Shown here piece by piece: positions 34,201 to 44,045 of a stretch of 64,000 nt of DNA. A program made the translations under genes and the position numbers. The DNA is taken from contig CAWAIF010000002.1 of NCBI GenBank assembly GCA_963782055.1, positions 320,001 to 384,000 on the forward strand. The letters run 5' to 3'. The stretch comes from an uncultured delta proteobacterium (lineage in GTDB: Bacteria; Myxococcota_A; Polyangia; Polyangiales; Polyangiaceae). The notes beneath the pieces were generated by a model. The model was not told the DNA's origin and ran no database searches. It saw only the letters and a program-made list of their open reading frames with translations. Position 1 is the first letter of the stretch, and the number at the start of each line of letters is the position of its first letter.

Positions 34201-34204
34201 GGGG

Positions 34205-34516
34205 TCAGTCGAGGGCCGCCAGCGCGCCCTCCAGCTCGGAGAGGGCGTGTCCGTCCCCCTTCGTGCGCGCCGCGGTCACGCCGGCCTCCAGCCACGCACG
34301 CGCGTCCTCGGCGCGGCCCATCTTCTCCAGCATCTGCCCGCACATGAGGAACATGGGCACGTAGTCCGGCGTGCGGGCGCGCAGCGCCTCGAAGGTGCTC
34401 AGCGCGTCCTCGTAGCGCTCCAGGTTCCGGTACTCGAGGGCGAGGCCGTACCAGGCGAACGGGTCGTTGGAGCCGTCCTGGGTGATCTTCTCCAGGTATG
34501 CGAGTCGCTTGGACAT
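34205..34516 (-). CDS. Small TPR protein
   Basis: NDPFAWYGLALEY, PDYVPMFLMCGQML. Confidence 0.8.
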   Translation of the reverse strand: MSKRLAYLEKITQDGSNDPFAWYGLALEYRNLERYEDALSTFEALRARTPDYVPMFLMCGQMLEKMGRAEDARAWLEAGVTAARTKGDGHALSELEGALAALD

Positions 34517-34565
34517 GGTCAGTCTCCGTGCCCCTTCGGGCCGCCGGCCGGCCTGCGCCCGGACC

Positions 34566-35090
34566 TCACGCCCGCTCCACGATGCCGATGTACGGCAGGT
34601 TGCGGAAGCGCTCGGCGAAGTCCAGGCCGTAGCCGACGACGAACTTGTCCTCGATGGTGAAGCCCAGGTAGTCGATGGGCACCTCGACGCGCGCGCGCGC
34701 CGGCTTGTGCAGCAGGGCGCACACCTTCACGCTCCGCGGCTGCCGCGTGCGCAGCAGGTCGATGAGGTGGGCGATGGTCAGCCCGGTGTCGACGATGTCC
34801 TCCACGATGAGCACGTCCTCGTGCTCGATCGGGCGCGAGAGGTCCTGCGTGATCTGCACGACGCCGCTCGACTCCGTCCCCTCGCCGTAGGATCGCACGC
34901 CCAGGAAGTCGACGCGCAGGGGCAGGTCGATGGTTCGGGCGAGGTCGGCGGCGAAGACGAAGCTGCCCTTGAGCACGCAGATCAGCACCAGGCTGCGGTC
35001 GGCGTATTCCTGGGTGATCTTGGCGCCCAGCTCCTCCACGCGCTTGGCGATGGTCTCACGCGACAGCATGGTGACGATGCGCTCGGACAT
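34566..35090 (-). CDS. hpt: Hypoxanthine phosphoribosyltransferase
   Basis: [28 protein letters not shown]...RNLPYI. Confidence 0.97.
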   Translation of the reverse strand: MSERIVTMLSRETIAKRVEELGAKITQEYADRSLVLICVLKGSFVFAADLARTIDLPLRVDFLGVRSYGEGTESSGVVQITQDLSRPIEHEDVLIVEDIVDTGLTIAHLIDLLRTRQPRSVKVCALLHKPARARVEVPIDYLGFTIEDKFVVGYGLDFAERFRNLPYIGIVERA

Positions 35091-35121
35091 GGCGCTGGAT
35101 TAGAGGCGCGGCGCGCTCGCG

Positions 35122-37458
35122 TCAACGTGCCACTGCGTCGCCGACGAACAGGCCGTCCCCGTCGGTGCCCACGACGACCTGCCCGACGACGTCGGTCCGG
35201 AGCACCGGTATGTTTTCGGCGCGCAGCGTCGTCAGCGTCACCGGGTTGGGGTGGCCGAAGCGATTCCGGATGCCGCAGGAGATGACGGCGAGCTCCGGCG
35301 CCACCGCGCGCACGAAGGCGGGGCTGCTGGACGTACGGCTGCCGTGGTGGCCCACCTTGAGCACGTCCGCGCGGAGGCGATCGGGATGGCGCAGCAGGTC
35401 GGCCTCCTCTTCGTGCTCGGCGTCGCCCACGAAGAGGAAGGCGCGCCGGCCGTACGAGATGCGCAGCACGAAGGAGTTGTCGTTCGGGCCGCGCTCCGGC
35501 GTGGGCCCGGGGCAGGGGGCCAGCACCTCGACGCGCGCGCCGCCGAGGAGATGCTGTCCGCAGAGCGCGGCGGGGCGCAGGACCGGGACGCGCGCGGCGC
35601 GCATGTGCTCGAGCAGCGCGGCGTAGCCGCCGCCGACGCCCTCACGCTCGCCCTGCCCGGTGTCCCAGAGCGCGCCGCTCCGGACGGCGCCCAGACCGGT
35701 GGCCAGTCCACCGAAGTGGTCGGGGTGCGGGTGTGAGAGCACCACGAGCGCCAGCCGATCGCGCCGGCGCGCGCGCAGCACCGGCGCCACGACGCGCGTC
35801 CCCACGTCGATCGGGCTGCCGACCAGACCGCCGCCGTCGATCATCATGGCCTCGCCGTCGGGCAGGTCCACGAGCGCGCCGTCGCCCTGACCCACGTCGA
35901 GGAAGGTGGCGCGCAGCACACCGCGCGGCGCGCCGGCCGCGCGCACCGGAAGCTCGAGCAGCAGCGTGGCGGCAAGCGCCAGCGCGACGAGCGCCACCCG
36001 CCGCCGCCCGCCGATGACGACCGCCGCGAACCCGAAGCAGAGCGCCGCCATCTGCCACGCCGAGGGCGGCGGGACGCCGACCTGCAGCCACGAGGTGTGC
36101 GCCGACACCCGCGCGACGGCCCGCACCAGCCACAGCGCGCCGGACGCCACGAGCGCCGAGCCGCGCTCCGCCGCGGGCCACGGGGAGAGCACGCCGTGCA
36201 GAAGACACACGGGCAGCGCCGCGGCGTCGCCCACCGGCACCGCCAGCAGGTTGGCGAGGGCACCGCCGGCGGGCAGCGTGGGCGAGAAGAGCGCCAGCAC
36301 GGGGGCGCACGGGATCGTGGCGGCGAGCGTGGTGCCCATGGCCCGCATCACGCCGCCCATCCACCGCGGCGCGCGGCGCGCCAGCGCCTCGCCGATGGGC
36401 GTGGAGAACACGATGAGCCCGGCGGTGGCGCACGCCGAGAGCACGAAGGACACGTCGAACAGCACCAGCGGGTCGAAGAGCGCCGCGCCGAGCAGGGACA
36501 GCCCGAAGGATCGGGGCGCGGTCCCCTTGCGACCGATGGCCTGCGCGGCGAGCGCGGCCGTCAGCATCCACGCCGCCCGCACGGCCGAGCCCGAGCCGCC
36601 CGCGAAGTCGGCGTAGAGCCACGCGAACGGTATCCCCACCAGCGCCGAGAGACGCCCCACGTCCAGCCGCGCGGCGAGCCACTCCACCCGCACCAGAAAG
36701 GCCCTGAGCGCGTGCAGCACGCCGAGCACCACCAGCACCAGGTGCATCCCCGACACCGCGAGCAGGTGAGCGAGGCCGCTCATCCGGAACGCCGCGTCGT
36801 CGCTCGCCGCCAGGTCCGTCTCGCCGAGGACGAGGGCGCGCGCCATCGGCGCGGTGTCCGCCGGGAACGTGGCGTCGATGCGCGCGCGGGTGTGAGCGCG
36901 TGCGCGATCGATCAGCCACGCGACCGAGGCGCCTCGCCGGACGTAGCGCACGTCGATCGCGCTGCCCGTCCGCAGCACGCCACGACGTGTCTCGCGCGGC
37001 CGGACGTCGCCCGTCTCCGGGTTCCACAGCCGCTCCGGCGGCGCGATCTGCACCACCACCTCCACCCTGTCGCCCCGGGCCAGATCGTGCGGGCCGCCGT
37101 AGAGCGTGACCAGACCCGACCAGGGCGGCGCGCCCGGGTCGCAGTCGAGGGTGGCCGCCGCGTTCCACCGCAGCACGCCGTGGGTGCGGACGGGCGACGA
37201 CGCGACGGTCGCCTCCCCGCTGCAGCGCGCCACGCGTGGCAGCGCGTGCAGCGCGCTCGTCCGCGCCTCCTCGTAGCGGGCGACGGCGGCATGCGAGCGT
37301 GCCCAGCCCGTCAGCATGGCGAGCAGGGCCAGCGCCGCCAGCCCAGGCCGCCGCACCAGCGGCGCGACCGCGGCGGCGAGGGCGAGGGTGGGCCAGGGCG
37401 CGACGAGCAGCGCGCCGCCTCCGACCAGTGACAGGGCCATGATCAGGACGCCATCCAC
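35122..37458 (-). CDS. comEC: DNA internalization competence protein ComEC/Rec2
   Basis: GLAHLLAVSGMH competence domain; FLDVGQGD, SHPHPDH and KVGHHGS metallo-beta-lactamase domain. Confidence 0.95.
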   Translation of the reverse strand: MDGVLIMALSLVGGGALLVAPWPTLALAAAVAPLVRRPGLAALALLAMLTGWARSHAAVARYEEARTSALHALPRVARCSGEATVASSPVRTHGVLRWNAAATLDCDPGAPPWSGLVTLYGGPHDLARGDRVEVVVQIAPPERLWNPETGDVRPRETRRGVLRTGSAIDVRYVRRGASVAWLIDRARAHTRARIDATFPADTAPMARALVLGETDLAASDDAAFRMSGLAHLLAVSGMHLVLVVLGVLHALRAFLVRVEWLAARLDVGRLSALVGIPFAWLYADFAGGSGSAVRAAWMLTAALAAQAIGRKGTAPRSFGLSLLGAALFDPLVLFDVSFVLSACATAGLIVFSTPIGEALARRAPRWMGGVMRAMGTTLAATIPCAPVLALFSPTLPAGGALANLLAVPVGDAAALPVCLLHGVLSPWPAAERGSALVASGALWLVRAVARVSAHTSWLQVGVPPPSAWQMAALCFGFAAVVIGGRRRVALVALALAATLLLELPVRAAGAPRGVLRATFLDVGQGDGALVDLPDGEAMMIDGGGLVGSPIDVGTRVVAPVLRARRRDRLALVVLSHPHPDHFGGLATGLGAVRSGALWDTGQGEREGVGGGYAALLEHMRAARVPVLRPAALCGQHLLGGARVEVLAPCPGPTPERGPNDNSFVLRISYGRRAFLFVGDAEHEEEADLLRHPDRLRADVLKVGHHGSRTSSSPAFVRAVAPELAVISCGIRNRFGHPNPVTLTTLRAENIPVLRTDVVGQVVVGTDGDGLFVGDAVAR

Positions 37459-37717
37459 GCGGGCCAGATGAGCAGCACCCGTGCCCGCGCCAAGTGCGCG
37501 AAATCCTGGAGCTCACCCCCGTCCCCCCTGTCCCCCACCCCTGTCCCATGCCACCCCATCGAAACGGCAGATCATGGGCACGCTAACGATCGCGTCATTC
37601 GCCGTTCCGGCCTGTGGGGCGCTGCTGGGTGGGTCCGCCCTGCCCGGCGCCGCCCCGCTTGCGCCGGCGGCCGGGATTCTCTAGGTTCCAGCGCCCCACA
37701 AGGACGAGGACGTACCG

Positions 37718-38050
37718 ATGGCTGACAAGACCAAGCTCGCCGACTTTCTCACGAGCAAGAAGATCGACCCCCGCCGCCTGATGGCGGTCTCCCACCGTCT
37801 GGAGACCCTCCGCCCGGAGGATCGCACCATCCGCCTGAACCGCCGCCGCGCCCGCGGTGGCGAGGGCGAGAACGCCCCGAAGGAGGAGCGCAAGCCGCGC
37901 ACCGGTCGCCCGGTGACGCAGCGCGCCATGGATGCCGCCCTCGGGGGCGGGACCCTCAGCGGGCCGACAAAGCAGCGGATCCTGCGCGCGGTGAACCACA
38001 TTCTGGAGCAGCGCAAGGCGGACAAGGTCGAGCTCAAGACCCTGTTCTGA
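37718..38050 (+). CDS. Small highly basic protein, possibly DNA-binding
   Basis: GAGGA RBS; Lys/Arg-rich 110 aa; KPRTGRP motif. Confidence 0.7.
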   Translation: MADKTKLADFLTSKKIDPRRLMAVSHRLETLRPEDRTIRLNRRRARGGEGENAPKEERKPRTGRPVTQRAMDAALGGGTLSGPTKQRILRAVNHILEQRKADKVELKTLF

Positions 38051-38121
38051 TTGCCTTCCAGGCTCCCTGGGTCGCTTTCGGGGTCCGCGGCTGAACGCCT
38101 GGGGCTCCGGGGCACCTGATT

Positions 38122-38799
38122 GTGGTGGTGAGTGCAGCGATCATCGCCCCCTTCCTGGCCCAGGTGCCTGCCGGTCGCATCATGAGCGACGAAGACCAGC
38201 TCATTGCGCGCGCGGGTCGCGGCGAGACGGCCGCCTTCAGCGTGCTCTACAACCGTCATCGCGGTGACGTGGCCCGCCTCGTCTACCGGATGCTCGGCGG
38301 GCCCGCGGAGGTGGACGACGTCGTCCAGGAGGTCTTCGTCCAGGTCTTCCGCAGCCTGAAGGACTTTCGCGGGCAGTCCAAGTTCTCCACGTGGCTGCAC
38401 CGCGTGACAGTGAACGTGGTGCTGATGCACCGCCGCGCGGCGCGTAGCCGCCCGACATACACCGAGGAGCTCCCCCCGGACCAGACGGCGGACCAGGACC
38501 GCACCCTGCCCGACGAGGACGCCGAGCGCCGGGCGCGCGTGCGCGCCTTCTCCCGCCTGCTCGATCGCCTCGCCGAGAAGAAGCGCGTGGTCTTCGTGCT
38601 GCACGAGCTGGAAGGCGTCAGCCCGCAGGAGATCTCCAAGATCGTCGGCGCGCCCGTGCTGACGGTGCGCACCCGCCTGTTCTACGCCCGCCGCGAGCTC
38701 GAGGCGATGATCGCCGAAGAGCCCTTGCTGGCGAGCATCCGCGGCACCTTCTCGAAGGAAGGCAAGCGGTCACGTGCCGACGCCGGAGGCGAGCCATGA
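38122..38799 (+). CDS. ECF sigma-70 factor
   Basis: DDVVQEVF, FRGQSKFSTWLHRVTVN, region 4 EISKIVG...TVRTRLFYAR; start may be ATG 38182. Confidence 0.93.
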   Translation: MVVSAAIIAPFLAQVPAGRIMSDEDQLIARAGRGETAAFSVLYNRHRGDVARLVYRMLGGPAEVDDVVQEVFVQVFRSLKDFRGQSKFSTWLHRVTVNVVLMHRRAARSRPTYTEELPPDQTADQDRTLPDEDAERRARVRAFSRLLDRLAEKKRVVFVLHELEGVSPQEISKIVGAPVLTVRTRLFYARRELEAMIAEEPLLASIRGTFSKEGKRSRADAGGEP

Positions 38800-40064
38800 G
38801 CGATCGCGAACTGCCTCCGAAGGAGCTGCTCGGTGACCGCGCCGGCGAGGCGCTGGCCATGCTGACGCGCGAGGCGCGCGCCGACGAAGGGCCGGAGCCT
38901 GACTGGGACGCCATCGACGAGAAGCTCTTCGCGCGCATCGAGAGCGAGAAGAAGCCCGGCGCTGCGGAGCACGTGGCGGAGCGTCGCGGGTCGCCGTGGG
39001 CGTGGGCCGGTCTCGCGGCAGCGGTCGCCGCGGCCGCGGCGATCGTCGTGGGCGTGCGCCCCCACGTGCAGCCGGCGCCGACCGCCGAGACGACAGCGTC
39101 CGTCCCGGCGAGCGCGGGCACCCTGGTCGGCCATGATGGCTCCACCATCGTGCGCATCGGCGGCGCCGTCGCGTCGGAGGGACACTCCATCGCCGCCGGC
39201 GATCGCGTCGAGGTCCGATCCGGCCGCGCTCTGTTCGAGCAGCAAGGCAAGGTGCGCTGGTCCGCCGAGAGCGGGACGCGTCTGGTCGTCGAGCACGCGG
39301 CCTCGCCCCTCGTGCTCTCGCTGGAGTCCGGCGCGGCGGAGGCGCAGGTCACCCCCGTCCCCGCGGGCGAGGCCTTCGCCGTCGACGTCACCGGCAGCCA
39401 CGGCCACACCGTGCGCATCGCCGTGCACGGCACCCACCTGCGCGTCGCGCTCGCCGGCGATCACGTGACGGTGGACCTGACCGAGGGCATCGTCTCGGTG
39501 GGCGAGCCCCCCCGGCGCGGCCCGACGTACGGCACGCTGGTCGTCGCCCCCGCCCACGTGGAGCTGGACACCACGGACGTGGCCGGGTCGCTGGTGATCG
39601 AGCACGTTCCGGCGAAGGTGCGACCCGCGCAGTCGCTCGTCGTGAGCGCGCCCCCCGCGACGGTGGCGCTGACTCCGCCCCCGCCCGCGGCGAAGGCGTC
39701 CACCGGCGCGGTGCCTCCCCCGGTCGTCGCCATGCACGTGGACCGCCCGCCGTCGCCCGCCGTCTCCGCGCACCCGGATCCCGCCGTCGCGCCGGAGGTG
39801 GTGGAGCGCAACCCCAACGCCTCCGCAGACCTCGCCGCCGCGGTGCAGGCCTGCATCCAGAGCGCGCCGCACTCTGCAGACATCCGCGTGACCATCTCCT
39901 CCAGGCTGCTGGTCACCGTGGGCGAAGACGGATTTGTGCAAAACGCACGGTTCGACCCGCCCCTCACCGCCGGCGAGCAGGACTGCGCGGCGCGCACCAT
40001 CTATCGCAAGACGCGCTTCACCAAGAGCGGCAGCGTCATCATCCCCGTCGAGGTGCAGGAGTAG
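38796..40064 (+). CDS. FecR-domain anti-sigma / membrane sensor
   Basis: ATGA overlap with the sigma gene; TM helix; VRIAVHGTHLRV...VDLTEGIVSV; C-terminal Cys-paired domain. Confidence 0.82.
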   Translation: MSDRELPPKELLGDRAGEALAMLTREARADEGPEPDWDAIDEKLFARIESEKKPGAAEHVAERRGSPWAWAGLAAAVAAAAAIVVGVRPHVQPAPTAETTASVPASAGTLVGHDGSTIVRIGGAVASEGHSIAAGDRVEVRSGRALFEQQGKVRWSAESGTRLVVEHAASPLVLSLESGAAEAQVTPVPAGEAFAVDVTGSHGHTVRIAVHGTHLRVALAGDHVTVDLTEGIVSVGEPPRRGPTYGTLVVAPAHVELDTTDVAGSLVIEHVPAKVRPAQSLVVSAPPATVALTPPPPAAKASTGAVPPPVVAMHVDRPPSPAVSAHPDPAVAPEVVERNPNASADLAAAVQACIQSAPHSADIRVTISSRLLVTVGEDGFVQNARFDPPLTAGEQDCAARTIYRKTRFTKSGSVIIPVEVQE

Positions 40065-40112
40065 ACGCGGCGCGGTTCCGCCGGCGACCCTGCGTGGCGG
40101 CGGTCCTCGAGC

Positions 40113-40157
40113 TCAGCCGCGATCGGTTCAGCCGCGATCGGTTCAACCGCGATCGGC
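40113..40157. repeat. 3 x 15-bp tandem repeat TCA(G/A)CCGCGATCGG(T/C)
   Basis: Units at 40113-40127, 40128-40142 and 40143-40157. Confidence 0.9.
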
Positions 40158-40457
40158 TTCGGCGACCAGCTCGGTGATGACGTGCGTCTCCTTGGCGCCG
40201 AGCAGCCCGAACTGCACGCCCATGCCGCCCTCGCGCACCCACCGCACCACAGCCGGCAAGGCGAACGCGGAAGGCTCGCCGGGCACGTGGACGTGCACCA
40301 CGACCTCTGCCCCGAACGCCGCAGGTTGAGCCGTCAGGATGAACATCCCCCCGAGGGAGATGTCATGGCTCTCCCCCTGGAAGCGGGCGTCCTGGCCCTT
40401 GGGGGTGAACACGACGGGCTCGACGAACGGAACGCGGGAATGGCGGCGGAGGTCCAC
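40143..40457 (-). CDS. Single-domain PilZ protein (c-di-GMP binding)
   Basis: RRHSR (RxxxR), DISLGG (DxSxxG), VVRWV...GMGVQF. Confidence 0.9.
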   Translation of the reverse strand: MDLRRHSRVPFVEPVVFTPKGQDARFQGESHDISLGGMFILTAQPAAFGAEVVVHVHVPGEPSAFALPAVVRWVREGGMGVQFGLLGAKETHVITELVAEADRG

Positions 40458-40534
40458 GGGAGTATCCCCGAAGTACCATCGAACCGATGGCCCACGCAAC
40501 GGGCCGCCCCCGTTGTGTGCCATCATGAGCGGCG

Positions 40535-41548
40535 ATGGCGCCCCGAGAGGACCCGGAGGACCGGGAAGACGGCGAGGACCCGGAGGACCGGGAGGAGCCG
40601 CCCCCGGCCGCGGGCAGCCGGGGTTCCCGGTGGCTGGCCGCCATCCCGGTCACCGTGGGGCTCCTGCTCGGGGCGCTGCTCCTGCCGCACATGTCCCCGC
40701 CGGAGGACGTCCCCCTCCCCCGGACGGACACGCGGGTGCTGGCGGCCACCGAGCGCGGGGACGACACTCGCGCCGCCCGCGCCGAGGCGACCGAGCTGCC
40801 GGCGGAGGTGCGCGCCCTCGGCGACGCCGTGCGCGCCTTCAACGTCGCGGAGGCCAAGGACGCGCGCGAGACCAACTGGCCCAAGCTCCGCGCCGAGGTC
40901 GACCGCACGCGGCGCATCGCGCTGGAGAAGGGCATCGACGCCATCGTCAGCCTGCGCGCGGTCCAGCTCGCCATCTTCCTGCGCGAGGTCCGGCGCTACG
41001 AGCAGACCGGCGAGATCAGCGCCGAGCTGGACGCGGTGGGCGGCGCGTTCGTGCGCCGCATGTCCATCGTCGGCTGGGTCGACGGCCGCCGCGTCGCCTT
41101 CGACGAGCACGCGCTGCGCGCCGCCTTCAAGCTCAAGTGGAACGCCGTCACGCGCTTCGAGCAGGTGCCCGAGCTCGCGCTCTCCCTGGACGAGACACGC
41201 GCGCTCTACGCCTTCTACCTCACGCACCCCCTCGTGCCGGACACCGCGCGCCTCACCTTCGCCGCCGCGCGCAAGACGGCGCGCACGCCCGCCGACTGCG
41301 CCGCCCTCGCCGAGGGTGAGCGCATCGCGCGCGAGGGATGGCGACTCGAGAAGGTCGAGCAGATCGGCAAGCAAGACCCGGCCTACCCCCTGCTCTTCGC
41401 GCGCGGCGTCGAGCAGTACCGCACCGGCAAGTTCGACCTCGCCGCGTCGACCTTCACCAGGTGGCTGGAGAGCCACCCCGACGGACCGTTCACCCTGCGG
41501 GCGCGCAACCACCTGCGTGCATCCCTCGCCGCGTCGCGGCCGAGGTGA
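40535..41548 (+). CDS. Membrane-anchored hypothetical protein with C-terminal TPR
   Basis: Acidic N-terminal EDPEDRE x2 repeat, TM helix, C-terminal YPLLFARG...HPDGPFT. Confidence 0.7.
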   Translation: MAPREDPEDREDGEDPEDREEPPPAAGSRGSRWLAAIPVTVGLLLGALLLPHMSPPEDVPLPRTDTRVLAATERGDDTRAARAEATELPAEVRALGDAVRAFNVAEAKDARETNWPKLRAEVDRTRRIALEKGIDAIVSLRAVQLAIFLREVRRYEQTGEISAELDAVGGAFVRRMSIVGWVDGRRVAFDEHALRAAFKLKWNAVTRFEQVPELALSLDETRALYAFYLTHPLVPDTARLTFAAARKTARTPADCAALAEGERIAREGWRLEKVEQIGKQDPAYPLLFARGVEQYRTGKFDLAASTFTRWLESHPDGPFTLRARNHLRASLAASRPR

Positions 41549-41554
41549 GCCGGC

Positions 41555-41986
41555 TCACGGCATCCGGATCACGCCGTGCTTGCGCCCGCCCTCGCAGTCA
41601 AAGTCGACGTAGCAGCAGGTGCCGGGCGTCTTCGCCCGCGCCGCGGTCGTCTCCTTCACGCTCAGCTTGGCCGACCTGTGGCCTGCCAGTGTCGTCATGC
41701 AATGCTCGAACGGCGCCGGAAGAGGCCACGGCGGCGGGTCGGTGGACGGCAGGAAGCACGACACCACGCGCTTGCAGCCGGACCTGTCCGGCGGACGCGG
41801 CTCCGGCGGTAGCGCGCGGGCGTCCACGCCCGAGTCACGCGGGGTCGCCGCGTCGCCTGCGTCGGCGTCGGGCCCGCCCGCGCTCCCAGCGGGCAGCATC
41901 GGCGCACGGACGAGGCCGTCGCTCCCGCTCGAGCCGGCGCACGCGGCAACCACCATCGCCAGAGCGACGAGGCCCGCGACTCCCAC
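41555..41986 (-). CDS. Putative Cys-rich lipoprotein
   Basis: VGVAGLVALAMVVAAC lipobox; C...C...CCY C-terminus; start uncertain. Confidence 0.6.
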   Translation of the reverse strand: MGVAGLVALAMVVAACAGSSGSDGLVRAPMLPAGSAGGPDADAGDAATPRDSGVDARALPPEPRPPDRSGCKRVVSCFLPSTDPPPWPLPAPFEHCMTTLAGHRSAKLSVKETTAARAKTPGTCCYVDFDCEGGRKHGVIRMP

Positions 41987-42058
41987 GTTTACGTTTTTTT
42001 TCAACGTGGTGTGATCCACGAGGCCGCGTTTCCCTCCATTCTGCGTGGAGACTACCGC

Positions 42059-42745
42059 ATGCGGATCCTATTGGTGGACGACAACATCGAGCTCGGCAAC
42101 CTGCTGCGCGAGTATTTTGCCACGCACGAGGCCGACCTCGAGGACGTGACCAACGGCGGGGACGCACTCACGCGGCTGGCCTCGGAGAGCTTCGACGCCG
42201 TGCTGCTGGACGTGATGCTCCCCGGCGACGATGGCTTCCAGGTGTGCCGGTCCATCCGCCGCGTCAGCGATGTCCCCATCGTCATGCTCACCGCGCGCGG
42301 CGACGACACCAATCGCATCGTGGGCCTGGACCTCGGCGCCGACGACTACCTCCCCAAGCCCTTCAACCCTCGCGAGCTGCTCTCCCGCGTGCGCGCCGTG
42401 CTGCGCCGCGCGCGCCCCGCCGCCGTGAAGGACGGCGGCCGCCTGCAGGTCGGCAATCTCGCCGTCGACGTGCCCGGGCAGCGCGTCAGCGTGGGCGGCG
42501 CGCCCGTCCACCTGACCTCCTTCGAGTTCCGCCTGCTCGTCGAGCTCGCGCGCCGCGCCGGGGAGACGATCGGGCGCGAAGATCTCGCGAGGCTGCTCCG
42601 CGGCGGCCAGTACAATCCCACCGTGGACCGCTCGCTCGACGTGCACGTCAGCCACCTGCGCAGCAAGCTCGGCGACGACGCCCGCGACCCGAAGCGCATC
42701 CGTACGGTGCGTGGCGTCGGCTACGTGCTCTTGAGGCCGTCGTGA
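42059..42745 (+). CDS. OmpR/CpxR-family response regulator
   Basis: ILLVDD, LLDVMLP, MLTARG, GADDYLPKPF, DRSLDVHVSHLRSKL, RTVRGVGY. Confidence 0.95.
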   Translation: MRILLVDDNIELGNLLREYFATHEADLEDVTNGGDALTRLASESFDAVLLDVMLPGDDGFQVCRSIRRVSDVPIVMLTARGDDTNRIVGLDLGADDYLPKPFNPRELLSRVRAVLRRARPAAVKDGGRLQVGNLAVDVPGQRVSVGGAPVHLTSFEFRLLVELARRAGETIGREDLARLLRGGQYNPTVDRSLDVHVSHLRSKLGDDARDPKRIRTVRGVGYVLLRPS

Positions 42746-44028
42746 GCGGCGCGCCCGGGCCGGGTGCGCTCCGCCTCCAGACGCGGATCTTCCTGTGGTT
42801 CCTCGCCGCCATCCTCGCCGGGGCGATGGGCAGCATCGCCGCGTCGCTCCTGCGCACCGATCCCTCGGCGGGCCCCGCGCAGGTGATGGCGCGCACCATC
42901 GGCGCTCACCTCGCCGCGCGCTGGGACGACCCGCGCGCGACCGACGCCTACGTCGCCGAGATGCACTCCCTCACCGGCATCGACTTCCACCTGTACCGCG
43001 GCAAAGCCCACCTGCCGCACGTGGTGGGGCGCACGGTCCGGCGCGGCGCCGCGCTGGGCATCGCGCCCGGCGAGGGCGCGTTCATCCCCGTCGTGCGCGA
43101 CGGTCACGTGGTGGGTGCCGTCTCCTTCCCGCTCCCCGCACACCACCGCAACCGGCAGCTCGCCTTCCTCGTCGCTGCCTTGCTGGTGCTGGTCGTCGCC
43201 GCGCGGCGCGTCTCCGCCCGCGTCGTGCGCCCGCTCGAGCAGGTCGCCCACGCGGCCGCGCGCTTCGGCGGCGGGGACCTCGCCGCCCGCACCGAGGTGG
43301 ACCGGCGCGCCAGCCCGGAGGTCGTGGAGGTGGCGGGCGCCTTCGACGCCATGGCCGGTCGCGTCGAGCGGCTCATCAAGGATCAGCGCGAGCTGCTCGC
43401 CGCCGTCAGCCACGAGCTGCGCAGCCCGCTCGGGCGCGCCCGCGTGGCCCTCGAGCTGGCACGCGATCAGGCGCCGGAGGCGTCCGCGCTCGATCGGGTC
43501 GAGCGCCACCTCGGGGAGGTCAACGGCATCCTCGGTGATCTGCTGGCCGTGACCCGCGCCGGCCTCTCCGACCTGCGCAAGGAGCCGCTGGCGCTCACGA
43601 CGTGGCTGCGCGAGCGCTTTCCCACCGTGGAAGGCGTGGAGGTCGAGGTGCAGGGCGAGGAGGTCGAGGTGCAGGCGGATGCCTCCATGCTCGCGCGCGC
43701 CGTGCAGAACGTCCTGGAGAACGCCGTGCACCACGGCCACCCGGCGACGGAGGTGCTGCGCGTGCACGTGACGAAGAAGGACGGCGCCGCCCACGTCGTG
43801 GTGAGCGATCGCGGTCCGGGCTTCCCGGAGGAGCTCCTGCCGCGCGCCTTCGACCCCTTCGTCCGCGGGGACCCGGCGCGCACCACCACCGATGCGTCGA
43901 CCGGGCTCGGCCTCTCCATCGTGCGGCGCATCGCCGAGGCGCACGGGGGCTCGGCCTCCGCGCGCAACACGCGCGGGCCCGACGGCGAGGTCTGCGGCGC
44001 TGAAATCACCCTCGTCCTGCCGACGTAG
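42742..44028 (+). CDS. HAMP-domain sensor histidine kinase
   Basis: Two TM segments, HAMP, SHELRSPL, NVLENA, DRGPG, TGLGLSIV. Confidence 0.94.
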   Translation: MSGAPGPGALRLQTRIFLWFLAAILAGAMGSIAASLLRTDPSAGPAQVMARTIGAHLAARWDDPRATDAYVAEMHSLTGIDFHLYRGKAHLPHVVGRTVRRGAALGIAPGEGAFIPVVRDGHVVGAVSFPLPAHHRNRQLAFLVAALLVLVVAARRVSARVVRPLEQVAHAAARFGGGDLAARTEVDRRASPEVVEVAGAFDAMAGRVERLIKDQRELLAAVSHELRSPLGRARVALELARDQAPEASALDRVERHLGEVNGILGDLLAVTRAGLSDLRKEPLALTTWLRERFPTVEGVEVEVQGEEVEVQADASMLARAVQNVLENAVHHGHPATEVLRVHVTKKDGAAHVVVSDRGPGFPEELLPRAFDPFVRGDPARTTTDASTGLGLSIVRRIAEAHGGSASARNTRGPDGEVCGAEITLVLPT

Positions 44029-44045
44029 GATCGTATCCTTCCTGC

